DNA of 24,000 nt from Nitrososphaerales archaeon (GTDB lineage: Archaea; Thermoproteota; Nitrososphaeria; Nitrososphaerales; JANXEG01), in assembly GCA_025058425.1 (NCBI GenBank), contig JANXEG010000012.1, positions 5,442-29,441 on the forward strand, written 5' to 3'. Position numbers and translations under genes: made by a program. The notes under the pieces were generated by a model. The model was not told where the DNA came from. It ran no database searches and saw nothing but the letters and a program-made list of their open reading frames with translations. Positions 22,399-24,000 of the stretch are shown here, in pieces (the first letter of the stretch is position 1; each line of letters begins with the position of its first letter).

Positions 22399-22487
22399 TC
22401 TTCCACCACACTTTCCAAATAAATCTGATATACCGAATTCTTAAATATTTTCTGTTCACGGCCACATTATCATATACGATTTAAATA

Positions 22488-23012
22488 TCATACAATATCC
22501 TTCTTCGACAACTCTTTAATCCTCTCCACCCCTCCTATTTCATTAATTATAGCAGCGACTCGCTGAGGGACGAGCTCTTCCCAATTCTCTCCACTTAACA
22601 TCCTTCTTCGAATCTCTGTAGCAGAGAAGATATTTCTCTTAATGAATGTAATCGATTCTACTCGAAGGCCAGCTTCCTTAAATAGCCTCCTCGTTAAAGG
22701 TTCATTAGAATATACAACTTCGAATTTAGGAGTATAGGATAGTACTTGAGCCACCCAAAGTGTGTGCATATCTACATCTGGGACCGGGATGAGCCAGTAC
22801 CTTGAATCATCGACCCCAGCATCTCTCAAAGATTCTCGAATCATCGTAAGCCTCTCACCCGTTGTAAAAGGATTATCCAATTCATGGCTCTTCTGTGAAC
22901 TACCTATGATGATTATCAACTCATCTACATTCTTCAAAAGTTCGAGTATCACTTGTAAATGCCCTTTATGGAAGGGTTGGAATCGCCCTACGAAGACCCC
23001 TCTACGGACCAT
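22488..23012 (-). CDS. nadM: Nicotinamide-nucleotide adenylyltransferase, archaeal NadM type
   Basis: GRFQPFHKGH (HxGH nucleotidyltransferase motif) and the SATEIRRRM motif, at 174 aa. Confidence 0.9.
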   Translation of the reverse strand: MVRRGVFVGRFQPFHKGHLQVILELLKNVDELIIIIGSSQKSHELDNPFTTGERLTMIRESLRDAGVDDSRYWLIPVPDVDMHTLWVAQVLSYTPKFEVVYSNEPLTRRLFKEAGLRVESITFIKRNIFSATEIRRRMLSGENWEELVPQRVAAIINEIGGVERIKELSKKDIV

Positions 23013-23109
23013 TCAAACCACATCTTTGCAAGATATTTGGTCAATATAACAAAAATTTAAGCATTCCCGCGAAAACTTTCTCAAAAGCACATCGGTATTA
23101 AGGTATCGA

Positions 23110-23127
23110 ATATTAAAATTTTAATAT
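23110..23127. repeat. Perfect 18-bp all-A/T palindrome ATATTAAAATTTTAATAT
   Basis: Read directly. It lies in the 409-bp divergent intergenic region between nadM and the FKBP gene. Confidence 0.9.
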
Positions 23128-23231
23128 AGCGATTTAAGTTCGCGTATGCCAAGCCGAGCATGTCTAGAACAGTCTATCGGATGGAAAGTTAAATAGATAG
23201 GCCCGATGAGTAGCAAATTTATGAAAGAATG

Positions 23232-23266
23232 TGAGCTAAGGTTATGACAACCTTCCTATGAGCTCA
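23232..23266. other. Two-stem hairpin: tgagct/agctca and aaggtt/aacctt with a 5-nt loop (atgac) and a 6-nt 3' bulge (cctatg)
   Basis: The complementarity is read directly from the sequence. Strand and function are unknown. Confidence 0.5.
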
Positions 23267-23421
23267 GGGGATTAACTGAATAACTAAATAACTGTAAAGT
23301 CTTATCGAGGATATGCATGGTTTAGGTGAAAGGTAGCTTTAAAGTGGACTTCTGAAAAAGTTACAACCTTGGACAGAAAAGTATTTACTTACGTCATCTG
23401 TCGCTTAATTGTGTCGAGCAT

Positions 23422-24000
23422 ATGCCCTTAGAGAAAGGCACATTAATATTGGCCCACTATACCGCAAAGATTAAGGATACAGGCGAGATCATCGAGACGA
23501 CTAGGGATGAGGATGCGAAGAAGTTCGGTATCTATGACCCAACGAAGAAGTACGAGCCTAGACTCATTTCGGTAGGTGAAGGATGGGTCTTAAAAGGTGT
23601 GGATGAAGCTTTACTATCAGCCAATGTAGGGGATAAGTTAACGATAGAAATCCCACCCGAAAAGGGTTTTGGGTTGAGAGATCCGAATAAGGTGAAGATG
23701 ATCCCCATTCGTAAATTTGGGGAGAAGGCTGGTGAATTAAGGGTGAATGAAGAGATCGAAGTAGATAATAAGATCGGTATAGTTCGTTTTATAGGCTCGG
23801 GAAGGGTTCAAGTAGACTTCAATCATAAGTACGCTGGTAAGGTCCTCGTTTATGAATTAGAGGTGGTAAAGAAGCTCGATAGCGATAAAGAGAAGGTAGT
23901 AGCTTTGATCAGGCGTAGATTGCCTATAGAAGAAGATAAGGTCAACTTCACGATAGATGGTTCTACCTTGAAGATAAACCTATCGAGCGATTATTACCTT
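23422..24000 (+). CDS. FKBP-type peptidyl-prolyl cis-trans isomerase, archaeal long type with IF insert, 3'-partial
   Basis: This ORF is absent from the ORF track because it runs off the window. It starts at ATG 23422 and stays open to base 24000 (193 codons). MPLEKGTLILAHYTAKIKDTGEIIETT...LISVGEGWVLKGVDEALLSANVGDKLTIEIPPEKGFG...GRVQVDFNHKYAGKVLVYELEVV matches SlyD/FKBP domains. Confidence 0.85.
   Translation, partial: MPLEKGTLILAHYTAKIKDTGEIIETTRDEDAKKFGIYDPTKKYEPRLISVGEGWVLKGVDEALLSANVGDKLTIEIPPEKGFGLRDPNKVKMIPIRKFGEKAGELRVNEEIEVDNKIGIVRFIGSGRVQVDFNHKYAGKVLVYELEVVKKLDSDKEKVVALIRRRLPIEEDKVNFTIDGSTLKINLSSDYYL

Noticed and set aside
97-22444. Long ORFs antisense to confidently assigned genes. 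Examples are 97-450(-), 880-1170(-), 7323-7646(+), 10425-10931(+, 168 aa), 14121-14573(+, 150 aa), 16761-17126(-, 121 aa), 18139-18486(+), 21781-22026(+) and 22142-22444(+).
   Set aside because: Each lies wholly inside a gene with strong family motifs on the other strand. Their translations are low-complexity or Ser/Pro/Thr/Arg-biased with no recognisable motifs, which is typical of shadow ORFs.
23203-23277. A C/D-box sRNA: GAUGA at about 23205, a UGAA 12 nt later, and CUGA at 23274.
   Set aside because: The C box is imperfect (ccGAUGA). I find no convincing C' or D' boxes at canonical spacing, and the internal distance is far longer than the usual 3-9 nt. It is kept only as part of the broader candidate-ncRNA finding.
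1-24000. A genomic island, mobile element, prophage or toxin-antitoxin content.
   Set aside because: I recognised no integrase, transposase, terminal inverted repeats, tRNA attachment site or TA-like gene pair. The gene content is uniformly core metabolism, translation and repair.

Overview
This is an archaeal chromosomal segment. The markers are eS1/S3Ae, eL15, Pth2, TruD/Pus7, NadM-type NMNAT, a 20S proteasome beta subunit, CofC/D/E and a long-type FKBP. It is densely packed on both strands and reads as core housekeeping rather than an accessory island. I see no rRNA, tRNA, CRISPR array, transposase or integrase. Left to right the window contains: a five-gene Opp/Dpp-type peptide ABC transporter (binding protein truncated by the window start); a stand-alone RAM-domain protein; a large Hel112/YprA(MrfA)/Hrq1-like DEAH helicase with a DUF1998-type Cys cluster, preceded by an orphan 98-aa gene; a 361-bp AT-rich spacer carrying unusual repeats; a cofE-cofD-cofC (coenzyme F420) operon; a small 4-Cys orphan; S3Ae; an Obg/YchF-like GTPase; an unannotated 36-aa membrane ORF coupled to a sodium:solute symporter; L15e; truD; pth2; nikR; a V4R-like orphan; an MBL-fold hydrolase; endonuclease IV; a proteasome beta subunit; NMNAT; and a 3'-truncated FKBP. 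Several genes have a TATA-like box about 25-29 nt upstream of the start codon, which suggests mostly leaderless transcripts. I found no convincing new multi-gene system. The best second-look items are the orphan-plus-helicase pair with its repeat-rich upstream spacer, the proteasome beta subunit with Thr1 replaced by Ala, the hidden symporter accessory micro-ORF, the short L15e, and a 409-bp non-coding spacer with a perfect 18-bp palindrome and a two-stem hairpin.
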